From an uncultured Alkaliphilus sp. (GTDB taxonomy: Bacteria; Bacillota; Clostridia; Peptostreptococcales; Natronincolaceae), in assembly GCA_964403395.1 (NCBI GenBank), contig CAYOGD010000001.1:1-54853 (forward strand): DNA of 54,853 nucleotides. Reading direction: 5' to 3'. How positions within the stretch are numbered: position 1 is the first letter of the stretch; each line of letters opens with the position of its first letter. Shown here piece by piece: positions 1-8,553 of the stretch. Position numbers and translations under genes: made by a program. The notes below the pieces were generated by a model. The model was not told the origin of the DNA and ran no database searches. It was given only the letters and a program-made list of their open reading frames with translations.

Positions 1-2
1 CG

Positions 3-272
3 AGTAAAAAGGGAGTAGGCAGCTCCAGAAACGGCCGAGACAGTGCCTCAAAAAGGCTGGGTACAAAAAGAGGAGATGGACAATTTGTTACGGCGGGCAA
101 TATTTTAGTAAGGCAGAGGGGAACAAAGATTCATCCCGGTACCAATGTAAGCATGGGTGGAGACAATACACTCTTTGCACTGATAGATGGAGTTGTAAAG
201 TTTGAGAGAAAAGGTAAAAAAAGAAAACAAGTGAGCATTTATCCGAAAGAAAGTTTGATAGCCGTCAATTGA
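3..272 (+). CDS. rpmA: 50S ribosomal protein L27, 3' portion (5' end lies outside the window)
   Basis: Frame 3 is open from the window edge and reads [71 protein letters not shown]..., the conserved L27 core. The stop is TGA at 270-272. The ORF is absent from the track because it is partial. Confidence 0.9.
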   Translation, partial: SKKGVGSSRNGRDSASKRLGTKRGDGQFVTAGNILVRQRGTKIHPGTNVSMGGDNTLFALIDGVVKFERKGKKRKQVSIYPKESLIAVN

Positions 273-273
273 T

Positions 274-297
274 AAAAACCGCCATAGGCGGTTTTTT
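274..297 (+). terminator. Rho-independent terminator after rpmA
   Basis: Stem CCGCC (279-283), loop ATA, stem GGCGG (287-291), then a T6 run (292-297), preceded by an A-tract. Confidence 0.8.
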
Positions 298-312
298 ATT
301 ATTATATTTGCA

Positions 313-495
313 TAGGGGCAGACCCGTGTGTCTGCCCGTGATACAAGGGAACAGTTCTTTGTGTTATATTTTGTGTAGGGGCAGACCTGTGTGTCTGCCC
401 GTGATACAGGGGAACAGTTCTTTTGTGTTGTGTTTTGTGTAGGGGCAGACCCGTGTGTCTGCCCGTGATACGGAGAAACAGTTCCTTTGTGCCCA
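313..495. repeat. Three tandem 63-64 bp near-identical repeat units, each with an 8-bp-stem hairpin
   Basis: Units start at 313, 376 and 440 (TAGGGGCAGACCYGTGTGTCTGCCCGTGATAC...GAACAGTTC...TTTGTG). Each unit contains GGGCAGAC-N6-GTCTGCCC (for example 316-323 pairing with 330-337). Units 1 and 2 also contain the palindrome GAACAGTTC (for example 349-357). Confidence 0.85.
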
Positions 496-578
496 TTTTT
501 ATAATATTTAGATTGTTTATTGATAGTATAATAGGTTATATTAGTAATATATAACAGTATTAAATCGAGGGAGATCAT

Positions 579-1862
579 ATGTTTATTGATAAAGCGAAAA
601 TACATTTAAAAGCCGGTAAAGGCGGCGATGGTGCAGTTGCCTTCAGAAGGGAGGCTCATGTTCCGGCAGGTGGGCCTGCCGGGGGCGATGGGGGCAAAGG
701 CGGGGACATTATATTTAAAGTGGATGAAGGTATGAGGACATTGATGGATTTTAGATATAGGAGGCATTATAGCGCAGCCGACGGCGAAGCCGGGAAGGGC
801 AAAAATATGTATGGTAAAGATGGTGAGGACCTGTTATTGAGAGTCCCTCCGGGTACCATTATCAGAGAAGAGACCACAGGGCATATTATTGCAGATTTAA
901 CAAGCCATGATGATACGGTCATAGCAGTAAGAGGAGGTAAGGGCGGGAAGGGCAATACACATTTTAAAACCTCAACCAGACAAGCACCGAGGTTTGCAAC
1001 GCCCGGTGAATACGGGCAGGAGCTTACGGTGATACTGGAACTGAAGTTGATTGCAGATGTAGGTTTAATAGGTTTTCCGAATGTAGGCAAGTCCACATTA
1101 TTATCTGTAGTAACCGGTGCAAGGCCTAAAATAGCGGATTATCATTTTACGACACTCACACCTAATCTGGGTGTAGTTCAAACGAAATATGGGGACAGTT
1201 TTGTTTTAGCAGATATTCCCGGGCTGATAGAAGGCGCACATGAAGGCACCGGTTTAGGCCATGAATTTTTAAGGCATATTGAAAGGACAAAGCTCCTCAT
1301 ACATGTATTGGATGTAGCGGGGTTGGAAGGCAGAGATCCGTTGGAAGATTTTAAGAAAATAAATGAAGAACTTTATTTGTATAATAAGGAACTTGCAAAA
1401 AAACCGCAGGTTGTAGCAGCAAACAAAATGGATTTGAGTTCAGATGTTAAATTTGAAAAATTAAAGTCCGCTCTAATAACACAACATGTTGAGGTATTCC
1501 CCATTTCGGCGGTTACCAACAAGGGAATAGATAAACTTTTAGCTTATGTATCCGAAAGATTAAAGGAGCTGGAAGAGGTACATAAGGAAACAATTATAGA
1601 AAAATCAGAAAAGATATATAGATACGAAGAGCCGGAAGACAGGCATCATTTTACAATCGATATTGAGGATGGTGTTTATGTGGTAGAAGGTGTATTTATT
1701 AAAAGATTGATTGATTCCACCAATTTTGATGATATGGAATCCTTAGGTTATTTTCAAAGGGTATTAAAAAATAGGGGCGTCATAGATAAGTTAAAGAAGT
1801 TGGGTATGTCCGAAGGTGATTTGGTAAGGATGCATGGCATTGAGTTTGAACATTTTGAATAG
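579..1862 (+). CDS. obg: GTPase Obg/CgtA
   Basis: The N-terminal Obg fold reads MFIDKAKIHLKAGKGGDGAVAFRRE with glycine-rich repeats. G-domain motifs are GFPNVGKST, DIPGLIEGA and NKMD. A C-terminal OCT-like domain is present. The position after rpmA is the conserved one. Confidence 0.95.
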   Translation: MFIDKAKIHLKAGKGGDGAVAFRREAHVPAGGPAGGDGGKGGDIIFKVDEGMRTLMDFRYRRHYSAADGEAGKGKNMYGKDGEDLLLRVPPGTIIREETTGHIIADLTSHDDTVIAVRGGKGGKGNTHFKTSTRQAPRFATPGEYGQELTVILELKLIADVGLIGFPNVGKSTLLSVVTGARPKIADYHFTTLTPNLGVVQTKYGDSFVLADIPGLIEGAHEGTGLGHEFLRHIERTKLLIHVLDVAGLEGRDPLEDFKKINEELYLYNKELAKKPQVVAANKMDLSSDVKFEKLKSALITQHVEVFPISAVTNKGIDKLLAYVSERLKELEEVHKETIIEKSEKIYRYEEPEDRHHFTIDIEDGVYVVEGVFIKRLIDSTNFDDMESLGYFQRVLKNRGVIDKLKKLGMSEGDLVRMHGIEFEHFE

Positions 1863-2020
1863 TAATTATGCGATTGTTATTGTTATGGAAGTGCTATATT
1901 TTATCATATGGGTGTTTCCCACCGGATTTTGGTTCAAATAAAAAGTATGGGGGATTTAATAAATTGGATAAGAATGGAGATTTAAGTACACAGGCCCTAG
2001 GAGGTAATAGAATAGGTATA

Positions 2021-2617
2021 ATGGGGGGGACTTTTGATCCGATACATCATGGGCATTTATTTATTGCACAAACAGCTTCAGATAAACTTTATTTAGATAA
2101 GGTTTTGTTCATACCAACCGGAAAACCACCCCATAAACGGAGAAATATAATAACTGATTCCGATAAGCGTATAGATATGCTAAGATTAGCGATTAAAAAT
2201 AACCCTAAATTTGATATATCCACCATCGAAATTACTAGGGGTAAAACCTCCTATACCATTGATACAATTAAAGAGCTACAACAATATTATGATGAGGTGA
2301 CGAAATTTTATTTTATTATGGGGTCAGATGCATTTAAATACATAGAAACATGGAAAAATTATAAAGAACTCCTCAAAATAGCCAGATTTATCGTGATGAC
2401 CAGACAAATATTGAAGAATAGTTCATTAGATGAAAAAATAGAATTGCTTATAAAGAAATACGATGCGGATATCATAAAAGTTGAAATACCGTTTTTAGAC
2501 ATTTCATCAACTATAATCAGGCAGAGAGTGAGGGGGGGTAACCCTATAAAGTATTTGTTACCTGAGGATGTAGAAGAATATATATTTAAAAACAAATTAT
2601 ACATGAACGAGGGGTGA
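2021..2617 (+). CDS. nadD: Nicotinate-nucleotide adenylyltransferase
   Basis: MGGTFDPIHHGH (the HxGH motif) lies at the very N-terminus, as is typical of NadD. AGGAGG is at 1999-2004. The track ORF extends upstream to 1868, but those 51 codons do not resemble NadD. The start is uncertain (2021 preferred). Confidence 0.85.
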   Translation: MGGTFDPIHHGHLFIAQTASDKLYLDKVLFIPTGKPPHKRRNIITDSDKRIDMLRLAIKNNPKFDISTIEITRGKTSYTIDTIKELQQYYDEVTKFYFIMGSDAFKYIETWKNYKELLKIARFIVMTRQILKNSSLDEKIELLIKKYDADIIKVEIPFLDISSTIIRQRVRGGNPIKYLLPEDVEEYIFKNKLYMNEG

Positions 2618-2621
2618 TGTA

Positions 2622-3194
2622 TTGGAATCAGATTTGATTAAGAAAATACATCATATATTAAAGCAAAACATGTCTCCTCATAGATATAAACATACTTTAG
2701 GCGTAGTTGATGCGGCGGTTTATTTAGCAAGCAAATATGATGCTGATGAAGAGGCCGCGTATATAGCAGCATTATTACATGATTATGCAAAGGATTTTTC
2801 AAAGGAACGGATGGAGGAATATATAAGGCATAATGGTTTATCGGTTGATGAAATTATGTCCAATGTACATCAATTACTTCATGGTAAGATTGCTGCCCAT
2901 ATAGCAAAAGAACGGTTTAATATTGATAACAAGGATATTTTAAATGCGATAGAGTATCATACAACCGGAAGAAAGAAAATGAGCAAATTAGAAAAGATCA
3001 TTTATTTAGCGGATTTCATAGAACCGGGAAGAGATTACGCAGGTGTGGAGGAATTGAGGGCAGTTGCGGAACAAAATTTAAACAAGGCAGTTTTATTGGC
3101 CCTGAACAATACTATCAAATATGTAATATCCATGGAAAAGCTGTTGCATACCAATACTATTGAGGCTAGAAATACATTGTTATTGGAAGGGTAG
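2622..3194 (+). CDS. yqeK: YqeK-family HD-domain phosphohydrolase (bis(5'-nucleosyl)-tetraphosphatase type)
   Basis: HRYKHTLGV...LLHDYAK gives the HD motifs. It lies immediately downstream of nadD, as in the conserved Firmicutes operon. The start codon is TTG. Confidence 0.85.
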   Translation: MESDLIKKIHHILKQNMSPHRYKHTLGVVDAAVYLASKYDADEEAAYIAALLHDYAKDFSKERMEEYIRHNGLSVDEIMSNVHQLLHGKIAAHIAKERFNIDNKDILNAIEYHTTGRKKMSKLEKIIYLADFIEPGRDYAGVEELRAVAEQNLNKAVLLALNNTIKYVISMEKLLHTNTIEARNTLLLEG

Positions 3195-3200
3195 ATCTGT

Positions 3201-3246
3201 AAAGTATATGATTTTCTCTACATATAAAGAAAGTCATATACTTTTT
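3201..3246 (+). terminator. Hairpin terminator after yqeK
   Basis: A perfect 11-bp stem, AAAGTATATGA (3201-3211) with TCATATACTTT (3234-3244), followed by T residues. Confidence 0.65.
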
Positions 3247-3319
3247 GTATGATCAATATATTATTATAAAGGCTTTTTTAAGGAGATTTTTTTATGTATT
3301 GTTAAGGGGGAGCGCCATA

Positions 3320-4321
3320 ATGGGAATTACAATGGTCTTTTTGGTATTTACGGTAAGTATACTGATAATAATCAAAGGTGGAGATTGGTTTGTGGATTCT
3401 GCTACGGCAGTAGCGCAAATAACGGGTATTCCTAATATATTGATTGGAGCAACTATAGTGAGTGTGGCCACAACCTTACCGGAATTGTTGGTTTCCTCTA
3501 TAGCAACATACAATCAATATTATGATATTGCCGTAGGGAATGTTGTAGGTTCCATCATATGTAATACAGGGCTGGTATTAGGGTTGGTAGCAATATTATC
3601 ACCAATAAAAATTAAAAGAAAGGATTTTTTTATAAAGGGTGTATTTATACTGTTAAGCTGCGTAGTGTTATTTGTTTTGTCATGGGATACAATTATTACG
3701 AGAAAAGAAGGCAGTTTATTGTTACTTTTGTTTATGATATATATTCTTCTGAACATAGCCGAGTTGAAATTTAAACCCCGAGCAGGCCCTTTAGATTATG
3801 AATTTAAAAAATGCAATAAGAATGGAATTTTTAAGATAGTGATAAAATTTATTACGGGTGCCATATTAGTAGTTATAGGCGCAAGATTGATGGTTAAAAG
3901 CGGAGTAAAAATTGCAATGTTTTTGAAGGTTCCGGAGCAATTCATAAGCTTGACATTGATTGCGCTGGGCACCTCTTTGCCGGAACTTATCACGGCAATC
4001 AGTTCATTATTAAAAGGGCAGCAAGGGTTATCCATCGGTAATATTTTAGGTGCTAATATCCTTGACATGTTAATGGTTCTTGGGGTATCCTCTAAAATAG
4101 GAGAAAAGGGAATAATTATAAGCTATCAAAATATTATGTTTGGTGCCGGAATTTATAATATACCGCAAACACTATATTTGGATTTGCCCGTTGCCCTACT
4201 TTTAATGTCGGTGCTTGTAATCGGTGGAATGGCTTTTAAAAAAATAGGGAGGTTCTTGGGAATATTTCTTTTATTTATATATATAACATATTTAACAGTC
4301 CTATCAAAACTTTTCTTATAA
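3320..4321 (+). CDS. Ca2+/Na+ antiporter (CaCA / YrbG-like) family membrane protein
   Basis: Polytopic membrane protein with two alpha-repeat motifs, ATTLPELLVS and GTSLPELITA, typical of sodium/calcium exchanger family proteins. Start chosen at ATG 3320 (MGITMVFLVF), after AAGGGGGA. Confidence 0.8.
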   Translation: MGITMVFLVFTVSILIIIKGGDWFVDSATAVAQITGIPNILIGATIVSVATTLPELLVSSIATYNQYYDIAVGNVVGSIICNTGLVLGLVAILSPIKIKRKDFFIKGVFILLSCVVLFVLSWDTIITRKEGSLLLLLFMIYILLNIAELKFKPRAGPLDYEFKKCNKNGIFKIVIKFITGAILVVIGARLMVKSGVKIAMFLKVPEQFISLTLIALGTSLPELITAISSLLKGQQGLSIGNILGANILDMLMVLGVSSKIGEKGIIISYQNIMFGAGIYNIPQTLYLDLPVALLLMSVLVIGGMAFKKIGRFLGIFLLFIYITYLTVLSKLFL

Positions 4322-4343
4322 ATATTTAAATTGGAGGGGTAAA

Positions 4344-4691
4344 ATGGAAAATGAACTAAACAGTGTTATTTATCTAGTTAATAAAGCTATTAATAAGAAA
4401 GCAGGAGAGAATATAGTGGTACTGGATCTCAGAAAAATTACATCTATATGTGATTATTTTATTATTACAAGTGCCTCTACTTCAAGGCAGGTAAAATTAA
4501 TAGCAGACGAAATTCAGGATGAACTGTTGAAGAAGAACATAGAATTATTGAATAAAGAAGGTTATAATAGCGGAAGATGGATATTGTTGGATTATGGAGA
4601 CATTGTTATACATATTTTCCATGAAGAAGATAGAAAATTTTATAATATAGAGGGAATATGGAAAGATGCCGGAAAGGTGCACATGGTATAG
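4344..4691 (+). CDS. rsfS: Ribosomal silencing factor RsfS (iojap family)
   Basis: 115 aa. Contains [21 protein letters not shown] and [17 protein letters not shown], both characteristic of RsfS. The context with nadD and yqeK is the conserved one. Confidence 0.9.
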   Translation: MENELNSVIYLVNKAINKKAGENIVVLDLRKITSICDYFIITSASTSRQVKLIADEIQDELLKKNIELLNKEGYNSGRWILLDYGDIVIHIFHEEDRKFYNIEGIWKDAGKVHMV

Positions 4692-4704
4692 GGAGGGATA
4701 CCTA

Positions 4705-5085
4705 ATGATTAAAGTGATAAGTACGGATAAATCACCTGCAGCGATAGGGCCTTATTCCCAAGGAATAAGAGCAAATAACTTACTTTTTGTCTCCGGGCAA
4801 GTGCCCATAGATCCGGATACAAATGAGGTAGTGAGCGGGACAATCGAAGAGCAAACGGTGAGGGTGTTCGAAAATTTAAAGGCGATTTTGGAAGAGGCAG
4901 GGTTGTCTTTAAACAATGTAGTAAAGACAACCGTATTTCTTAAGGATATGAACGAATTCAGCAGCGTAAACGAAGTTTATGCGAATTACTTTATAAAAAC
5001 TAAACCTGCCAGATCCTGTATAGAGGTAGCGAGGCTGCCCAAAGATGTGGGCATAGAATTGGAAGCGATTGCAATAATTGAATGA
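4705..5085 (+). CDS. ridA: RidA/YjgF-family enamine/imine deaminase
   Basis: [20 protein letters not shown]...LFVSGQ...[23 protein letters not shown] is a canonical RidA sequence. The start ATG at 4705 follows GGGAGGGA. The track start at 4666 overlaps rsfS and is unlikely. Confidence 0.85.
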   Translation: MIKVISTDKSPAAIGPYSQGIRANNLLFVSGQVPIDPDTNEVVSGTIEEQTVRVFENLKAILEEAGLSLNNVVKTTVFLKDMNEFSSVNEVYANYFIKTKPARSCIEVARLPKDVGIELEAIAIIE

Positions 5086-5094
5086 TTATATTAC

Positions 5095-5128
5095 CCGGGC
5101 CGATGGTTAAACGCCCCGGTGTTTTTTT
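5095..5128 (+). terminator. GC-rich hairpin plus T-run between the convergent ridA and carboxypeptidase genes
   Basis: CCGGGC (5095-5100) pairs with GCCCCGG (5113-5119), with one bulge, and is followed by TGTTTTTTT. Confidence 0.5.
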
Positions 5129-5146
5129 ATTAACAGATATTTAAAC

Positions 5147-6481
5147 TTATTTAAACAGGTTTTTATCAAAGGTATATGTTACAGTTTTTCTTGCGTACGC
5201 GAGCCTTCGTCTCCGCTTTTTTTTGATTCTTAGATATGCAACAAATATTTGCCATAATAAAAACATACAAATAAGTACAACCAAAGGCTTAGGAGGGTGC
5301 AAGAATAGATGTGATAATTTGGATAATGTACTTTTTTTATCGACATCATTTTTAGCGATTAAATCAACTTCCCCAATAGATTCATTACCGGAAAAATAGG
5401 TAATTCTACCAAGTGTTTGCCCCCGGCTGACAGGTGCCTGGATATTTTTGTTTATAATAACATCTTCAATTATGTCATCAATATCCCTGTTGATAGGTAA
5501 TACTACAAATTTATCGATTTTAGCAAGCAGATCCACATTTGCATTTTTTCCATTTTTCACATCGACGGAAAGCTGTGAATAATTCTTATCAGACAACTGG
5601 ATCAATTTAAAATTATCGTGTCCAAAATCTATTAAGGTCCTGGAATCTTTGTATAATACACATTCATTTTCTGCCCCTAATATTACAGAAATTACCCTGT
5701 ACCCATTTTTGGCTCCCGTACTTATAAGACAACATTTGGCTTTACCCGTATAGCCCGTCTTGATTCCATCAATAATATCATATTTGAAATCTGTATACTG
5801 CCCGTTATAGACCATAGTGTTTGCTCCACCTTTAGCCCATAAAAATTTGTTTGTATTTCTGTATATTCTGTTTTCCGGGGTTTGCTCAGTAGCATCTAAG
5901 GTCAGCATAGTAGTTGAAACAATTTCTCTGAAAGTATCAAAGGTCATAGCATGTTTTGCTATCATGGCTAAATCGTAGGCTGTGGTAACATGGTCCGGAT
6001 CCGCCAACCCATGGGGGTTTACAAAGTTAGTATTCAGTGCGCCAAGTTCTTTAGCGCGTTTATTCATCATTTCAACAAATTTTTCCACAGAACCGGTCAT
6101 ATGTATAGCTAAAGCTTCCGCACAATCATTAGCGGATTTTATCAATAAAGCCTTCAAAAGCTCCTCAACTGTAAAAGATTCTCCCTTTAAAAGAAACATA
6201 CTGGAGCCGTCAACATAGAGATCGTAATCTATGGTTACTCTGTCATTCAAATTAGCATTTTCTAATGTTAAAATAGCGGTCATAACTTTAGTAGTGCTGG
6301 CCGGATAGGCCTGTATATGAGCATTTTTATTAAATAAAATCTTTCCGGTTTCATAATCTATAAGTATTCCGTTCGGTGCATCAATATCAGGGATATGTTG
6401 AGCAGAAACAACGGTTGGTATAAGTGCAGCAACAAGAGCTATTATAATTACAATAAATAAATGTTTATGACGATATTTCAT
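5147..6481 (-). CDS. Serine-type D-Ala-D-Ala carboxypeptidase (PBP5/DacB-DacF family, peptidase S11)
   Basis: Signal peptide, SxxK (ASTTKVM), SxN (KSAND) and KTG (IKTGYTG) motifs, and a C-terminal membrane anchor. Confidence 0.85.
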   Translation of the reverse strand: MKYRHKHLFIVIIIALVAALIPTVVSAQHIPDIDAPNGILIDYETGKILFNKNAHIQAYPASTTKVMTAILTLENANLNDRVTIDYDLYVDGSSMFLLKGESFTVEELLKALLIKSANDCAEALAIHMTGSVEKFVEMMNKRAKELGALNTNFVNPHGLADPDHVTTAYDLAMIAKHAMTFDTFREIVSTTMLTLDATEQTPENRIYRNTNKFLWAKGGANTMVYNGQYTDFKYDIIDGIKTGYTGKAKCCLISTGAKNGYRVISVILGAENECVLYKDSRTLIDFGHDNFKLIQLSDKNYSQLSVDVKNGKNANVDLLAKIDKFVVLPINRDIDDIIEDVIINKNIQAPVSRGQTLGRITYFSGNESIGEVDLIAKNDVDKKSTLSKLSHLFLHPPKPLVVLICMFLLWQIFVAYLRIKKKRRRRLAYARKTVTYTFDKNLFK

Positions 6482-6655
6482 AAATTTTGTTCACCTCTTT
6501 TTGGAATTAAGTTCTATCATGTAATATAGTATACCAGAAAATATGGAGAAAATTAAGGTAAACTTGCTATTAATAAAAGGAAAATTTTTAAATAGGTAGA
6601 AGTATAGTAATTAGTCCTTATATTAGAATGTTTTATTTGTTAGGGAGAGGTCAAT

Positions 6656-7279
6656 ATGGGTATAAGAAACAAGCAGAACATAATATTGGCAATTATGGTA
6701 ATAATTATAGTTTTGATATTTTCAATTTCAAATTATATAAAACAACAGAAAGTATATGTATTAAGCGATGATACAGAAGAGAACATAATTTGGGACCATA
6801 ATGAAAATAATATGATTGAACAATCTGAGGCAGGTAAAATAGTAGTACATATAGAAGGAGAGGTGGAAAAACCGGGAGTATATGAATTGAAGAAAGATTC
6901 AAGGGTTTACGATGCTATTGATGCAGCAGGAGGATTACTAAAAGACGCTGATAGAAGAAGGATAAATTTAGCTAAAAAAATAACAGATGAAGAATACATA
7001 TACATAGCAAATAAAAATGAAGAAGATTTAGGGATCACATATAGAGAAAATCTATTGACGCCCACTGATGTTATTGAGAATACAAATTTGATAAACATTA
7101 ATAGGGCAAATATAATGGAATTAAAAGAATTACCCGGCATAGGGGATGTACTGGCCGGCAGGATAATAGAATATCGCAACGAAAAAGGGGGATTTAAATC
7201 CATAGAGGAAATAAAAAACGTGAATGGGATAGGAGATAAAAGATTCAGTGATATAAAGGATAAAGTAACTATTAACTGA
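6656..7279 (+). CDS. comEA: ComEA-family DNA-binding protein (SLBB plus tandem helix-hairpin-helix)
   Basis: N-terminal TM helix, then an SLBB-like region (VHIEGEVEKPGVYELKKDSRVYDAIDAAGG), then a C-terminal region ELKELPGIGDVLAGRIIEYRNEKGGFKSIEEIKNVNGIGDKRF. Confidence 0.85.
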   Translation: MGIRNKQNIILAIMVIIIVLIFSISNYIKQQKVYVLSDDTEENIIWDHNENNMIEQSEAGKIVVHIEGEVEKPGVYELKKDSRVYDAIDAAGGLLKDADRRRINLAKKITDEEYIYIANKNEEDLGITYRENLLTPTDVIENTNLININRANIMELKELPGIGDVLAGRIIEYRNEKGGFKSIEEIKNVNGIGDKRFSDIKDKVTIN

Positions 7280-7322
7280 TGACAGCTAAATAATGGTTGA
7301 ACAACAGTTTTAAAGGAGGATA

Positions 7323-8369
7323 ATGATGACAAAATCTCAAAGGCTGACACAGATGACCAAAAGTGCCGGCTGAGCCGCTAAAATCGGACCCGATGTTCTT
7401 GCGCAGGTTCTGTGCAATTTACCAGGTATAGAAGATGAAAGATTAATAATAGGCTCGGATACCTCCGATGATGCCGCGGTTTATAAACTCAATGATGAAA
7501 TAGCGCTTGTTCAAACTTTGGATTTTTTTACCCCGGTTGTGGATGATCCGTATATATTTGGCCAGGTAGCAGCGGCGAATTCTTTGAGCGATGTGTATGC
7601 TATGGGAGGAAAACCGCTTATGGCTATGAATATCGTTTGTTTTCCCGAATGCTTAGAGCTTGAAGTGCTCAAACAAATATTGAAGGGCGGCGCAGATAAG
7701 GCGGTGGAAGCAGGAGCCTTACTGGTTGGCGGACATAGTGTAAAGGATGAGGAACCTAAATATGGACTTTCTGTTACAGGAATAGTTCATCCTGAAAAAG
7801 TATTAGCTAATAATACGGCTAAGGTTGGAGATTATCTGATACTTACAAAGCCCCTCGGTTTAGGAGTTTTAAATACAGCTATAAAAGCGGATATAGCCTC
7901 TAAAGAGCAGTATGATATGGCAGTAAAAACCATGGTTACATTAAATAAGTATGCTTTTGAAGCACTGGACGGGCTTAATATCTCTTCATGTACGGATATT
8001 ACAGGTTTCGGTTTTATGGGGCATGCCTACGAAATGGCTAAGGGCAGTGGTGTTTCTCTGGAAATATATTCGGATAAAATACCTATAATAGATGGAGCAA
8101 GGGAACTTGCCGGTTCGGGCATCATTCCCATTGGGATGTATTCTAACAAAAATTATGTGGAAGATGATGTAGAGCTGGATGAAGATATAGATGAAACCAT
8201 AGAGGATTTATTATATGATCCCCAGACTTCCGGCGGTTTACTGGTTGCAATAGATGAAGCCGATGTGGAGAAAGCATTGGAAAGGCTATCCGTCAATACG
8301 GATAATGAATTTGCAGTAGTCGGTAAGGTAATCAGCAAGGATGACGAAGCTATATATATCAAGAAATAG
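7323..8369 (+). CDS. selD: Selenide, water dikinase (selenophosphate synthetase), a selenocysteine-containing form with in-frame UGA at 7371-7373
   Basis: The track lists only 7518..8369. The same frame is open back to ATG 7323 (AGGAGG at 7314-7319) apart from one TGA. The translation [30 protein letters not shown]...[28 protein letters not shown] parallels E. coli SelD [20 protein letters not shown]...DDAAVYDLNDG...TDFFMPIVD, and the TGA falls at catalytic Cys17. selA and selB are adjacent. Confidence 0.9.
7399..7417 (+). promoter_or_regulatory. Candidate SECIS apical hairpin for the selD UGA
   Basis: UUGCGCA-GGUUC-UGUGCAA forms a 7-bp stem (one G.U pair) with a GGUUC loop, starting 25 nt after the UGA. 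It resembles the apical GGUC-loop hairpin of the E. coli fdhF SECIS as I recall it. It was folded by eye only. Confidence 0.4.
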
Positions 8370-8385
8370 ATGCTGAATTTTTAAA

Positions 8386-8414
8386 AAGAGGTATATTTTA
8401 TACTTCTTTTTTTT
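8386..8414 (+). terminator. Rho-independent terminator after selD
   Basis: A 10-bp stem, AAGAGGTATA with TATACTTCTT (one G.U pair), a 3-nt loop, then a T-run (8409-8414). Confidence 0.65.
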
Positions 8415-8454
8415 ATTATATGATCTCAAAATATGATATAATTCAATTATATGA

Positions 8455-8494
8455 CAGGTAAACAGATTGAATGGCTAATTTACCTGTTTCTTTT
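8455..8494 (+). promoter_or_regulatory. Terminator-like leader hairpin upstream of selA
   Basis: CAGGTAAA (8455-8462) pairs with TTTACCTG (8479-8486), followed by TTTCTTTT. It lies just downstream of an extended -10 element, TGATATAAT (8434-8442). Confidence 0.4.
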
Positions 8495-8553
8495 AGTCAT
8501 ATAAACCGGATAAGGTCATAAAAAACAATTGTTAATTAGGGGTGGATTTAGTT

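Noticed and set aside
313-495. Possible CRISPR array, because of regularly spaced hairpin repeats.
   Set aside because: The whole 63-64 bp unit is repeated, so there are no unique spacers. There are only three copies, and no cas genes are in the window.
105-605. Minus-strand ORFs 105..605 (166 aa) and 302..496 (64 aa), with repetitive peptide sequence.
   Set aside because: They run antisense across the rpmA terminator and the three tandem repeats. Their repetitive peptide simply mirrors the DNA repeat. They have no RBS and overlap the obg start.
1868-2020. N-terminal 51-codon extension of nadD given by the ORF track. Similar upstream extensions occur for ORFs at 3245, 4666, 14503, 17830, 23515, 33002, 36662 and 52681.
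   Set aside because: The extensions overlap upstream genes or terminators, lack RBSs, and do not match the family N-termini. Internal starts with Shine-Dalgarno sequences fit better.
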